Below are positions 1 through 12,413 of a DNA stretch of 64,000 nt, one piece after another. The notes beneath the pieces were generated by a model that worked only from the letters and a program-made list of their open reading frames with translations, was not told the DNA's origin and searched no databases. This stretch comes from Octopus sinensis. Lineage: Eukaryota. Position 1 is the first letter of the stretch, and every line of letters starts with the position of its first letter. The position numbers were made by a program, and so were the translations under genes. The stretch lies in the NCBI RefSeq assembly GCF_006345805.1, contig NC_042997.1, positions 212,784,001 to 212,848,000 on the forward strand, read 5' to 3'.

Positions 1-478
1 TTGATCTGGCAAAGTTTCTACAGCTGGATGCCCTTCCTAACGCCAACCACTCCAAGAGTGTAGAGGGGTGCTTTTATGCGCCACCGGCACGGGGGCCAGT
101 CAGGCGGTACTGGCAATGACCTCGCTCAAATTTTTTTACACATGCCAATGGCACAGGTGCCAGTAAGGCGATGCTGGTAACAATCCCGCTCGAATGGTGC
201 CTCCTACATGTCACTGGCATGGAAGCCAGTTTTGCCGCTCTGGCAATGATCATGCTTGGATGGTGCTCTTAGCACCCTACTAGCAGGGGGCACAAGTACC
301 AGGAAGGCGAAGCTGGCAATGGTCATACTCGAATGGTGTCACTCATGTGCCACTGGCACAGAAGCCGGTTAGCCACCCTGTCAACGACCACGCTCATATG
401 GTGCTCGTACCCGTCATCGAATTTCACTTTGATTTTGATTTCGATTTCACTTGCCTCAACAGGTCTTCGTAAGCAGAG
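1..478 (-). mobile_element. RTE-family LINE 3' UTR fragment with degenerate ~60-bp unit array, cut by the window edge
   Basis: Reverse complement of GGTTGGCGTTAGGAAGGGCATCCAGCTGTAGAAAC at about 15-50. Degenerate GTGCC..GGCAC units follow. 455-478 resembles 7097-7120 of the RT-linked copy. Confidence 0.8.
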
Positions 479-1307
479 TCTAGTATATGTATGCATATAT
501 ATGTATATATATATATATTTAAATATATCTATATTTATGGTCCAGGGGAGCAAGAATGAAGATCTTTCCAAAACTGCTCAGAGATGATACTGGTATAAAG
601 TCTGATTCTGAAATCAAAGTCTTGATGTGAGACAAAGACATTTGGCGGAAGGGAGGGAAGATTGTTGTAGTTTTGTTTACAGACAACTGATGATAACGAC
701 AATGACGATGACGACAACGATGATAAACGGATGCAGTAAGTGCAAGAGAAATGACTGTATTGGTTGCAGCTCCTGATAGTGTCCACGTTGAACTTACTTG
801 ACCCTATGATCCCGTAGAGGAACTTGCAACCTGAATACAACACAAAGAACATATTGTGTAGGAAATTAATATAAACCAAGAAGCTGTCGTTTTGTTTTTT
901 TTTTTATTTCATGTTTGTTACAATTGTTTCTGAGATCGATAATCAATCAATGAATAATCACAAATTATAAATTACAATTGATCAATGACTGCTTCATCAG
1001 ATGAGGTTGAAATACAAATGAAACACAAACAAGCAGTATATATTTTAATGCCCAAGAAGTATGTCAACCATTGGGAGCAGGGGGAGGGATGTGATGGGGG
1101 TCAGTGGGGAGTTACAAAAACTTGTGTCGTTAGTGATTACAAGGAAAGCACCAGTGCAGGCAAGGGGTTAAAGTCACCAGAAGGCATGGAGAAGAAGGGA
1201 TCAGCAGATTGTCCTAAGCTTTATAGAGCAGAAATGAAAACCACAAGAGATAGATCAAGTTATGATGAGGGAATGGGATATAGATAAGTAGATAATAAGA
1301 GTCACAT

Positions 1308-1503
1308 TTGGTGCCGCACAAAAAGCACTGGTGCTGGTGCCACATATAAGGGCTGGTGCTGGTGCCATGTAAAAAAGCACCCAATATACTTTGTGAAGTG
1401 ATTGGTTTTAGGAATAGCATCCAGTTGTAGAAACTAAGCCAAACCCATCCAACCCATGCCAGCAAAGAAAATTGACGTAAAATGACGATGATGATGATGA
1501 TGA
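1308..1503 (+). mobile_element. Degenerate RTE-family 3' tail
   Basis: Family motifs aaaagcacc, ggaatagcatccagttgtagaaac and aacccatgccagca, ending in (GAT)n. Confidence 0.75.
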
Positions 1504-2344
1504 ATCAGCCAAGGCCTGATGTGAGCTGCTGGGGAAGGAATCAAATTGGGAGCATTGATTTAAATGCCTTCTTTGATAAAGGAGTTGTCTACTCACACAA
1601 GGAGACATACACAAATGTATATATACATCCACACACACACACAGATGCATACATAATCCCGCATACACAGTCGCTTTGTAAGCAGTCTTTGAAGCAGTAA
1701 ACAACATCAGATTTATGACTCATTCTCTTTCTAACTCAGTCAATCCGAGGACAACAAAAAGCATCTCCAGTTAACTCTGATTCCTTATCACCAAACATTG
1801 ACAGACACCAGAGTCAGTAACATTCATAGCTATCATGAAGTTGATCACGACAGTCCAGATAATGTTGTATTACACTCATTTTAAAGCTAATGAAATCAAC
1901 AAGTCTAGATAAGATTCTTTTCAATGTCTGCCCCTTTAAGCAGGGCCCAGTTTCCATCAAACTCTTTAATTATTTTCTTATCAAATAATCGAGAAGTTTT
2001 GTGGAACATATTCGAGAAAAGAAATTTGTTTGGCTGTCCCAGTGATCTCTTGATAACCCTCATCTCTGACATCTCCAAAGTAACCAAAATAACGATAACA
2101 GATCAACACTATCAACTCTTGTATTTTGACATTAATCAGTTGATAATGGATCATATAGTGTTTAATAATGTGGAACGATACTGCATGATATATACATACA
2201 TGCATGCAAACATATACATACATATACACACACACACACACACATACACACACACACATACATTAGATACAGTATGTTGTTTGGTAACGTATCAAAGTGA
2301 GAGAAGTGATGGTATATCAAAAAGTATATTGTACTATTACATTT

Positions 2345-2668
2345 TTATCACCATCATCATCATTATTGTCATCATCTTCATCCTCTTTCTCGTCATCGTC
2401 GTCATAGTGATCATCATCATCATTATTGTCATCATCTTCATCCTCTTTCTCGTCATCGTCGTCATAGTGATCATCATCATCATTATTGTCATCATCTTCA
2501 TCCTCTTTCTTGTCATCGTCATCATAGTGATCATCATCATCGTCATCATAGTCATCATCATCATCATCGTCGTCATCGTCATTGTTATCTTCCTCATCAT
2601 AATTATTATTGTTGTTGTTATTATTATTATCATCATAATAATAACAACTATTGTTATTATTATTATTG

Positions 2669-2723
<55 letters not shown>

Positions 2724-2727
2724 CATC
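2345..2727. repeat. (ATC)n/(ATT)n trinucleotide tract with a 60-bp higher-order repeat (3 copies)
   Basis: Lines starting at 2341, 2401 and 2461 repeat in register, then grade into (ATT)n. Confidence 0.95.
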
Positions 2728-3629
2728 AGGTAATCAGTGTGTATACACTTATATATGTTGGTAAGCTTTATGTTATTCAGATTGTGGAAGCAAAAAGTGT
2801 AATATCCTTAAGATGCTTCTATTGAAACTGCATAAAAATCACCCAGGAAAAGAATTATGCCTTAATAAATAAGAGTTATGATTGATTGGATGTATTCAAC
2901 ACATCTGATTAAATATGTGTTCCTTCAGTATTCTTTGTGAAGAGATGAATAAATTTGGTTCTAACACTGGAGCAGAACATCATTGTTCTTTACAAAAAGA
3001 TGTTAATTCGTAATTCCATAAAACCCAATTTTTATTTACTGTTAGTTACCAATACACAAAAGAAGCAAATCTTTTCCTCACTGCTTACCATTAATATTCC
3101 ATCTTTCATTCCTATGGCTTAGACTTTGTCAGGCACTCATCCACAGAAATAATTGGCAAGTATTAAACGGAATCGGAAAGTTCACTTCTTTAATTCCATT
3201 GCAAGAAGAAACAGACAAAACAGCAGGAAACATTGCAGTCGTTCTTGAAATCTTCATTATAATGCGAAAGCTTTCAGAATTGCAACACAATAAGTTTGTT
3301 ATGTGATTTATGATGGAATTCTTGTAAGTTGGAAATTAAAATAAAATTGATGAAAGCAACAATCAGAACTCATAGAATACAGTCAACAGAGATACCATAT
3401 TCTAATTCTAGCTTTTGTTATGAAGACAGATTATTCAAATATCAAAACCACCTTTTCAAATGCTAAAAAAGTCTTTCTTGTTCTGGCCTGCTTCCAGATT
3501 CTGTAATGACCTCTGACACTTCCTATAATATTCTGTCACTTGGTTCACTGTGTTTTCTGCATTCAGTGCGTGTTCACTGATTAAAGCATAAAGCTGATAG
3601 CAGCATATATAATGGCATGTATATATGAG

Positions 3630-3795
3630 CATCATCATCATCATCATGGTTTGACATCCACATTTCATGCTGACATAAGCTGGATGGTCTGACATGGATC
3701 TGATCAGTCCAAGCTCTGCATTGCACTCCATTGCTATGGTTTCTACAGCTGGATGCTCTTCCTGATGCCAAACACTTTATGTTGTGTGTTGGCTG
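3630..3795 (-). mobile_element. Degenerate RTE-family 3' tail
   Basis: (CAT)n followed by gtttctacagctggatgctcttcctgatgccaa. Confidence 0.75.
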
Positions 3796-5139
3796 CTTTA
3801 TTTTTTATTATATTTTGGTATTACTGTCACTATATTTGTGTAGAAGTATTTGTTTCACATTAGCTGAAAATCCAAGAGCCATGGAGTATGAGATAAGCAA
3901 AGAGTGGAGGTACTGGTATCATATTTATTTTTTAGTTACAGCTGTTTCAAAAACACATGGTTGCAAAACATGAATATGAGCAATGAACTTAATAACATTG
4001 ATTATATGGTATTGATAATTTCAGGAATGACCCAGAGTCATTTCATCAATAAATTCACCTCTATATCGATACAGACGATTTAGTGGGATGTGTTTTATGT
4101 TTTTACAGGAAGGACGAGTTCCTGTTTGATGTGTTACTAAAAGAAATGATAAAGATGATGGTCTTAGCGTATCACTTGATGAGATCATTTTAACCGTTGG
4201 CTTAATTAATTAGACTACCTCGTCGAGAAGGTAAAACATTATCAAAACTCTAATGAATCAACTGGGATAGGCACTTCTGAAGTAGCTTCAAAGAAAATCT
4301 TAATGATTAGGAGAATGGATGGAACAGATGAGTGAAAGAAAAGGGAAACGATAGAAAGAAAAGATGAGAAAAGTATAAATTCAAAGGGTAAGCATAATAT
4401 CCAAACTCAGAGGTCTATACACATAAAGGGACGTATTTAGATGTCCGTGTTATTATATACACACATGTATGCAACAGTATCAAACAGTGAGAATGAATGT
4501 TCAACAACACATTGGTGGATGAATATTCTTTAATTGTGGATTAACGAGGCAATGGTTTCATGTGGAAAAAATCTCAACAATCATTCAAGTAATTCACTTC
4601 AATATGATGGTAATTACCTTCATTTTGGATGAGAATATATAAGGTTACATGAGACTTCAAAATGAATATGCAGATCAAGCAATGAATATGCAGATGAGGC
4701 AAGGTAATTTATAAAGAATTTTTTAATTGCTATCTCCATTGAATTGGTTCTAAATTTTTTGCAAGATTGATTAATTAATTACCTTATGAAGAACGTTCAT
4801 GCATAGCCATATTTGTAAACATAAGTAACCAGCATGGCTGGAGTTTGAGCAAATGCATCTTAATATTTATGGGGCTTTATATGTTTCGAAAGCAAATTAA
4901 CCCACGAACTTGTAAATTTATAAAATATTTGTAAGTTCATAAATATATTTTGTGAATCATGTGTTGTCATGAATATGTGTTATGAATGTTATACACAACT
5001 GTGCGTTTTAGAAGTCCAGCATGAGTACCTGGGAGTATATGCTTGTATTGCATATTGTACCTGTAATCAATATCCAAAACCTTATCCAGGCTGGTTAGGT
5101 GGCCGGGTAGGTGAGAGGTGATACTCGAAATTTCAAAGT

Positions 5140-5686
5140 TTAAATTGTTCTTTACACATGCAAGGGGAAAAGGTTTCTTGCCTAATGTTCCAAATGTTTG
5201 TTGTTGATGTTATGATATTTGATTTCTTTGTGATGCAAAGGTTGCATCTGTTGCCTTTTCACCTTTATTTGCTGACCTTAGCTATGATGTTCCAGTTTAT
5301 ATAGGAGTTGTCTATGCCACTGCCTTTAAGGGTCAATACCATGTTGGATAAAGATGTTGCATGTCTTTTGTTTTATTTCTAAATGAAACCTTGTGTGTTG
5401 TGCATCTTTCCTTGAAGGTATTTCCTGGTATTCCAATTTATTACTCTGTCTCTGTCAGTGAAGCTGGTCTTATACATCAATTCTTTTTCTAAATGCTTAT
5501 TGTTCAGGAGACAGTTACTGGGGAATCTACAATTACATGATGTATGAGGGATGCTCCTAATGTTATTTTTATTGTGTTTGAAAAATCCTTGATCCTATCT
5601 GCATCTTTTTTTGGCCTGCCTAAATTTGATTCTATATAGGTTATATTGTTCTTAAAATTGGACCTTTCTAATGTGATGCAGCACAT
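5140..5686 (-). pseudogene. Degenerate Penelope-like (Naiad-like) GIY-YIG endonuclease region
   Basis: Minus-strand translation with frameshifts gives IGIPGNTFKERCTTHKVSFRNK, TSLSNMVLTLK, INWNIIAK and NRCNLCITKK, matching the C-terminus seen at 63300-63600. Confidence 0.7.
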
Positions 5687-5913
5687 TGACTGGCTTCTGC
5701 CTCCCCTGGCACCTGTGCCAGTGACATGTAAAAAGCACCCACTACACTCACAGAGTGGTTGGTGTTAGGAAGGGCATCCAGCTGTAGAAACACTGCCAGA
5801 TCAGACTGGAGCCTGGTGCAGCCTCCTGGCTTCCCAGACCCCGGTCAAACCGTCCAACCCATGCTAGCACGGAAAGCGGACGTTAAATGATGATGATGAT
5901 GATGATGATGATG
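5687..5913 (+). mobile_element. 5'-truncated RTE-family 3' tail flanked by a 41-bp target-site duplication
   Basis: Family motifs plus (GAT)n tail. Direct repeat at 5636-5676 and 5914-5954. Confidence 0.85.
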
Positions 5914-6039
5914 ATAGGTTATATTGTTCTTAAAATTTGACCTTTCTAATGTGACACTGTAATATGACCTAGCAAATTATTGATAATTGTAACCATATTT
6001 CTATGGAAGATCTTATAATATTGATGTGAGTGTGGGAAG

Positions 6040-6334
6040 TAGGTATCTATAAGTTCCAGAAACCACGCAGCTGTAGTTGTAGCCTTGTCCATGCTATCTG
6101 GAAGATTGCTGGACATTGTTGTAGAGCTGAAAAAGAAGTAATTTCTACTCTTCTCCTCTGGAAGCCATCTACTCGCAATACCAGAGGGCGCACACTCTCC
6201 TACCCTGATGTAATCTCCAGGGATACAGACATCCAGCAACAGGACCTCCGTAATGCCATGATGGACCGTGAAGTCTGGCGTAGCATGGTAAATTCCATTG
6301 TCTCGACCACGGTCGAACAATGATGATAATGATG
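6040..6334 (+). mobile_element. 3' end of a second RTE-type LINE
   Basis: ORF 6030-6323 reads AGHCCR...LLLWKP...RGR...MMDREVWRSMV, a typical RTE C-terminus, followed by a TGA-repeat tail. Confidence 0.8.
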
Positions 6335-6630
6335 GAAGATTGTACCACAAAATTTTCCTATGGTAATGTCTTTTTTGGCCTATCTAAATTTGTTTCTATA
6401 TACATAAGAATTACTCATTTCATTTCTTGACCCCTCGTACTACATTCGCCACTAACACTTAAAATGTATTATCTATTCACTAATCTGCTTGTTGTTTTTT
6501 TTTTTTTCATGAGCTAACTGTTGATATTATCCCCCAAATATAATCTTTTCCTTTTTAGTCCTATCTCGTAATAATTCGTCCCTGTGTGATGATACTTTGT
6601 TCGTTCTCTACGATACTTTGTTCGTTCTCT

Positions 6631-8079
6631 AGCACGGATTGGACGGTTTGACCGGGGTCTGGGAAGCCAGGGGCTGCACCAAGCTCCAGTCTGATCTTGC
6701 AGAGTTTCTACAGCTGGATGCCCTTCCTAACGCTAACCACCCCGTGAGTATAGGGGGTGCTTTTTACGTGCCACCTGCACAGGTGCCAGGGGGGTCCGGC
6801 ATCGGCCACAATCGGTTGGTGCTTTTAATGTGCCACCGGCACAGAAGCCAGCCAAGGCGGCACTGGCATCGGCCACGTTCGGATGTTGCTTTTAACGTGC
6901 CACCGGCACGGAAGCCAGCCAAGGCGGCGCTGGCATCGGCCACGTTCGGATGGTGCTTTTTATGTGCCACCGGCGCAGAAGCCAGTTGAGGCAGCGCTGG
7001 CAATGGCCACGTTCGGATGGTGCTTTTTATGTGCCACCGGCACAGGTATCACAACTACTATTTCCATTGATATTTATTTCGATGTTCATGTACTTGACTT
7101 AACAGGGCTCCTCAAGCACAGTGGGATGTTCTGGAATCCAAGGTACTTTGAATGGGCAGGGGCTATGCGGAACTGGTACAGGAAGCAGCCCGGGTCTTTG
7201 CAGTCACAGCATATCTCCAGAGATCTCGGTCCTTCGCCATTGTCTCAGTGAGGCCCAACGCTCTGAGGTCATACTTGACTACCTCATCCCATGTCTTCCT
7301 GGGTCTACCTCTCCCCCTGATACCTTCAACTGTTTGGGAGTGGCACTTCTTCACACATCTCTCCTCATCCATCCGCAGTACATGACCATACCATTGCAAG
7401 CATCGCTCTTGCACACCACATCTGATGCTTCTTATGTCCAGCATTTCTCTCAAGGTGCTTACACTCTGTTGTGCGTGCACACTGACATTACACATCCAGT
7501 GGATCATGCTAGCTTCATTCCTTTCAAGTCTACACATGTCCTCTGCAGTCACAGCCCATGTTTCACTACCGTGAAGCATGGCAGTTCGCACACATGCGTC
7601 ATACAATCTACCTTTCACTTTGAGCAAGAGACCCTTTGTCGCCAGTAGGGGTAGGAGCTTTCTGAACTTTGCCCAGGCTATTCGCATTCAAGTGGTGACA
7701 CTCTCTGAGCATCCACCTCCACTACTAACTTGGTCACCCACGTAGCGGAAACTATCAACTACTTCTAGTTTCTCCCCCTGGAGTGTGATGGAATCTGTTT
7801 TCTGAGTATCTGTCGTGTCTATTGCCCCTGTGCATCTGCCGCACATGAAAGCTATCTTATCAGTTAATTTCCCTTTGATGTTGCTGCACTTCTTATGCGT
7901 CCATAGCTTACACTGGGTGCATCTTATGGAGTTTCTACCAACACCTTTCCTACAGATCGAGCAGGGCCACTTGCCCGAGGGGGGTGTGTGCTGAGTTCGC
8001 CTTTCTGCTTACTATAATTTTGGTCTTTGCTACATTTACTCTAAGGCCCTTTGATTCTAACCCTTGCTTCCACACCCGA
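6631..8079 (-). mobile_element. 5'-truncated RTE-clade LINE: RT C-terminal half with PHD-like insert, plus 3' UTR unit array
   Basis: Motifs GLRVNVAKTK, EVVDSFRYVGD, RIAWAKF, KGRLYDACVR..MLHGSETWA, WYGHVLRM and RGRGRPRKTW (ORF 7163-7687), followed directly by ~58-bp units at 6760-7045. Confidence 0.92.
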
Positions 8080-8084
8080 AATTT

Positions 8085-8123
<39 letters not shown>

Positions 8124-8379
8124 ACATATATGTATACACACACTCTTATTAATATGCTACTTTAACTGTTTGTGATTTACAGAGCCATTTACACTGTCAT
8201 ATAATTTATTGCAATATTTACACTAATGTCTGGTCTACTGCAACATTACATTCGCACTTTGATCTACCGGAATCTTTTTAACTAGGAATTTATGCAGGAT
8301 TATAAAAACAAAATTGTGGCATAGGTTCTGTTAGTTGTAATTGCATTACCAAGATATAAACATTTTGAATGGAAAAGTA

Positions 8380-9040
8380 TGGTAAACAGTGGTAAACTGT
8401 AGCAGACTATAAAACCTGTTCAATACTGTAGACTGCGATGAACTATGGTAGACAACACTGTGGTAAACTACTGTAAACTGTACCTAGTTGTAAGCTGTGG
8501 TTGGCTGCACTCTATGGTTACCTGCAGTAGATTAAAAATACCTTTCTTTACTACCCACAAGGGGCTAAACACAGAGAGGATAAACAAGGACAAACAAACG
8601 GATTAAGTCGATTATATCAACCCCAGTGTGTAACTGGTACTTAATTTATCGACCCTGAAAGGATGAAAGGCAAAGTCAACCTCGGCGGAATTTGAACTCA
8701 GAATGTAACAGCAGACGAATACCACTAAGCAATTCGCTTGGCGTGCTAACGTTTCTGCCAGCTCGCCGCCTGTTTTTACAAATACCATGTGAAAATGTTG
8801 CAGACTGCAAACTGTGACAGACTGCAGTAGTAACCTAAGGTAGATTGTGTACTTGAGTAAATTATGCGAGACTATAGATTACTGGAGTAAAATGTTGTAG
8901 TTGACAGAATGTGGAAAACTGTGTTAGATTGCACACTGTGCTATATTGTGGTAGATGCAACGTAGTGGAAAATTACAGTGGACAAACACGGTGGGAAACT
9001 GTAGTGGACTGCACAGTGTTGTAAACACTGGACTGTGGGA
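8380..9040. repeat. Degenerate ~10-bp minisatellite (ACTGTGGTAG-like) interrupted by a SINE
   Basis: Recurring actgtg/actgta/gtaaac words on both sides of 8543-8770. Confidence 0.55.
8543..8770 (-). mobile_element. tRNA-derived SINE family B (Meta-domain-like core)
   Basis: Minus strand starts GGCGGCGAGCTGGCAGAAACGTTAGC, has B box GAGTTCAAATTCC, and core GACTTTGCCTTTCATCCTTTCAGGGTCGATAAATTAAGTACC. Confidence 0.85.
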
Positions 9041-9289
9041 TTCTTACCTTTTTGTATCTGAAGAGTATGGACTAACATCTGGTCAACATTGGTATCTTCT
9101 TTCTAGTTTTTCCCATATATTCTTATGTAATATGGTGTTTATCCCTTCAACAGCAAGAAGAAACACTTAGCCACCCCATAATACTGCTCGGCAGCTGGCA
9201 AAAAGACACCTCCACCCCACTCTACCAGCTCCTCTCAGTTGAGTGGGTTTCTTCTTTTTTCTTTGACTTGAAAGTTCGTGGTCACCCTT

Positions 9290-9492
9290 ACTAGTGCTGG
9301 TATCGTAAAAAGCAGCACATCCAGTACATAGTGCCAAGTGGTTGGCAGTAGGAAGGGCACCCAACCATAGAAACCAAACCAAAACAGACATCGCAGCTCA
9401 ATGCAGTCATTTGATTTGATGGACTCTGCCAACCCCTCCGACTCATGTCAACATGGAAAAAGGACATTAAATGATGATGATGATGATGATGA
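9290..9492 (+). mobile_element. Degenerate RTE-family 3' tail
   Basis: gtggttggcagtaggaagggcaccc...catggaaaaaggacattaaa followed by (TGA)n. Confidence 0.75.
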
Positions 9493-10299
9493 TTTTGAGG
9501 AGGGGGAGGAAGTTGGTGATGATATTAATTATGAGGATGATGACAACGGTGATGACAACGACGACAATAGTGATGATGATGATGATGGCGTAATATTAAT
9601 CAAAATGACTATTTTACAAATTTGAGCTTTATAGCAAAATGTTGTCATATATCTGAGCATTAATGGTCCTGTTGGGACTTTGGTGTCGAGAATATTTTAT
9701 CAGGAACTCCTCAGAATCAATGGAAGTCTTCTTACTGTCAGGATTGGGAGTTTTGTCTTCAATCTACAAGAAGAAGAACTTTTGTAACTATTAACATTCA
9801 GATTATGATAGCTTTATAATAATATTTTAGGGTGAAACCATCCAGGGCCATCTTTATTTTAGTGTTGCTGTTGTTGTTTCTTCTGAACAAACAGACATAT
9901 TTACAATCGCTCAATATACGACTGTCTGTAATCATGTTTGGATTAGGTTTGTTCTGTGAATACAACAATCTTTTTGCTAAATTGCTTTCTTGCATCATTT
10001 AATTGCTGTCTGCTTTTAATAATTGACAAAAAGAGGAGAAATTTTCATCAGCTCACAATTCTTTTTTTTTTTTTTTCTTCTTTTCCAGAAATATTTTACT
10101 GTTTACTTGCATCGTGTGTTAACCTCATTTTTATTTCTTGCAAAGATCAATCTTATGTTAATTTCTTTATTGGTGTTTTTTGGGTGCTTACACAAAATTT
10201 TGGGTCAAAAATTCTCTTAGAAATTTCTTAATATTAATGTTGTCTATTTTCCTTTTGCATTTAAAAATATCGATTTTGGTTAAGTGATTTCTAATCTAC

Positions 10300-10590
10300 T
10301 TATGGTTGTGTGGTAAGAAGCTTGCTTCCCCACCATATGGTTCCGTGTTCAGTTCCACTATATGGCACCTTAGGCAAGTGTCTTCTACTATAGCCTCGGG
10401 CCAACCAAAGCGTTGTGAGTATCACCCTATCAAAGGCATTGAATAATCCTTCAGTGTAAAATCGTCTTTTTATAACATAAAAACAAACATGTATATATGT
10501 GCCTAGGGTCAATTTGTTCAAGTAAAACCCTTTAAAGCAGTGCTCCAGTATGGTCGCAGTCAAATGACTGAAATAAGTAAAAAGATTTAA
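10300..10590 (+). mobile_element. tRNA/CORE-like SINE family A, partial and rearranged
   Basis: tggttgtgtggtaagaagcttgc...ggcaagtgtcttc and the tail gtgctccagtatggtcgcagtcaaatgactgaaa. Confidence 0.75.
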
Positions 10591-10620
10591 AAAACGATGT
10601 GTGTGTGTGTGTTGTGTATA

Positions 10621-11798
10621 CAGGGTGCCTAAGATATTTGAGATTTGAGGACAGATTTACGTTTATAAAAACAGCTGTATAATAACAGATAATAACTTTA
10701 TCAAAAATGCCACGAGGATAAAAATAAAGCTTCTCTTCTCGAATCAAGTGGTCCTGATTCATTTTGGAGATTACTCTGACTATGGCAGCTTTCAAAGAAT
10801 TTTGGTGTTACGGGCATGTTCACTGACCTCTCTCTCAACAACGCTCCGCATGTAATAGTCCAATGGATTAAGATCTAGGGAATTAGGAGGCCAAATGTTA
10901 GGGATTATATGATCATGAAAATTATCAGCCATCCATTCCTGTGTTACTAGAGTCATGTGTGATAGTGCAGAGTCTTACTGAAACACATTTGGCCTTTCAT
11001 TGCATGTCTATCCAGGGCTTAACAATTATTTCCAGGACCTCAATATATATGGCAGAGTTAACTCTAAGGCCTTTTGGAAAGAAGTAAGGAGGCATCACGT
11101 GTCCTTCATTGCTGACAACCCCTAAAACCATGAGTTGCAGGAAATTTTGTAAGCATAACACTTGGAACTCCAGAATGGTCTGCACATAACCACCTGTCAT
11201 TTCTTCTGTTAACTTTTTTATCTTGGTTGAAGTTTTTCTCATTTGAGAAAAACCAAATCAAATCTTCTTTTGCTGGATTTTTCAGTTTGTTTAAGAGTCT
11301 TTTAGATCTGGTGTAGTGATTTTCTTTTGCTTTTCCTGACAAATTGACCTTCCTTCATCATATAAGACTTATATCTGGTGTCTTTGTGGACAACGTTTCT
11401 CACTGTTCCTTCATACACATGAAGATGTTTTGCAATTGATCTCATGGACTTTCTGAGATTGTAATCAATGGTCTGTGCCTGCTGGATAATTTCAGGTGTT
11501 CTGATGATTTCAGAGCGTTTGGAATGCTTTTTATGCTTTGATACTGGTGATACGTTTCCACCTTCAATATCTAACTCCTTATAAACTTTGTAGATGAAAG
11601 ACCTGACAACTTTTAAAAATCGAGATATTTCTAAATTGCTATGCTCAACCTTTATAACCACAATAACAGCATGTCTTCATTTCTTGAGTAAGTTGAGGGT
11701 CTGCCATTATTATTTTCTGAAACAAAGATTATACAGAGTTAGCAAAAAATGCAGCAATGACCCACAAAAGGTATGTCCTTAATACTTTATGCAACCTG
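10621..11798 (-). mobile_element. Defective Tc1/mariner DD37D (maT-type) transposon with TIRs
   Basis: Frameshifted transposase with HTH region, FFSNEKNF, NRRNDRW, VMVLGVVSNEGHVMPP and WPPNSLDLNPLDY. Ends TA|CAGGGTGCCTAA and TTATGCAACCTG. Confidence 0.88.
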
Positions 11799-11818
11799 TT
11801 ACCAAGTATATATATATA

Positions 11819-12155
11819 CGAGCAAAATGCCCCCCGTTCAATGGACGGTGCTATGTTGTCAAACATTTAAACCAAATTTTCTCAAAACAACTTGTCCGAC
11901 TGTCCCATTCGGTGGCATTATTTCAAGCCAGCCAGCTTTTTTTATGCAAACTGCTCGTGCATTTTTCTCAGTATCGATCGCAACAGCTGATGTACTTGGA
12001 TGTACAAATGCACGTTCCCACGGCTTTATCGATCGCATTCTCACCTGGAATCGATTTTTGTAATTTTTTCAAGACTTATACATGCCCTGATACCGTTGGT
12101 ATCTACATATCAAATTTGAGCACACAGACAGACAGAACCGATTTTATATAATAGA
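11819..12155 (-). mobile_element. Non-autonomous Helitron
   Basis: Minus-strand 5' end TCTATTATATAAAA...CTGTCTGTCTGT; subterminal hairpin CCGT..ACGG; 3' end CTCG|T (CTAG variant). Confidence 0.65.
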
Positions 12156-12289
12156 CATGTACATATATACATATATATCTATACACACACTCATATATAT
12201 ATGTATATATATATACATATATATCTACATACATACATACATACATACATACATACATACATACATACATACATACATACATACATAGG

Positions 12290-12411
12290 ATTCTTTCAAA
12301 TCTACTCACAAGACTTTGGTCGGTCCAAGGCTACAATAGACGACTCTTGCCCAAGGTGCGCAGTGGGACTGAACCCGGAGCCATGTGGTTGGGAAGCAAG
12401 CTTCTTACCAA
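12290..12411 (-). mobile_element. SINE family A fragment
   Basis: cagtgggactgaacccggagccatgtggttgggaagcaagcttcttacca is the reverse complement of the family A head. Confidence 0.8.
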
Positions 12412-12413
12412 CG

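Noticed and set aside
1924-2733. Long ORFs over low-complexity tracts (also 34930-35813, 39826-40713, 49904-51058)
   Set aside because: They are stop-free frames of microsatellites (poly-I/L/S/HT), not genes.
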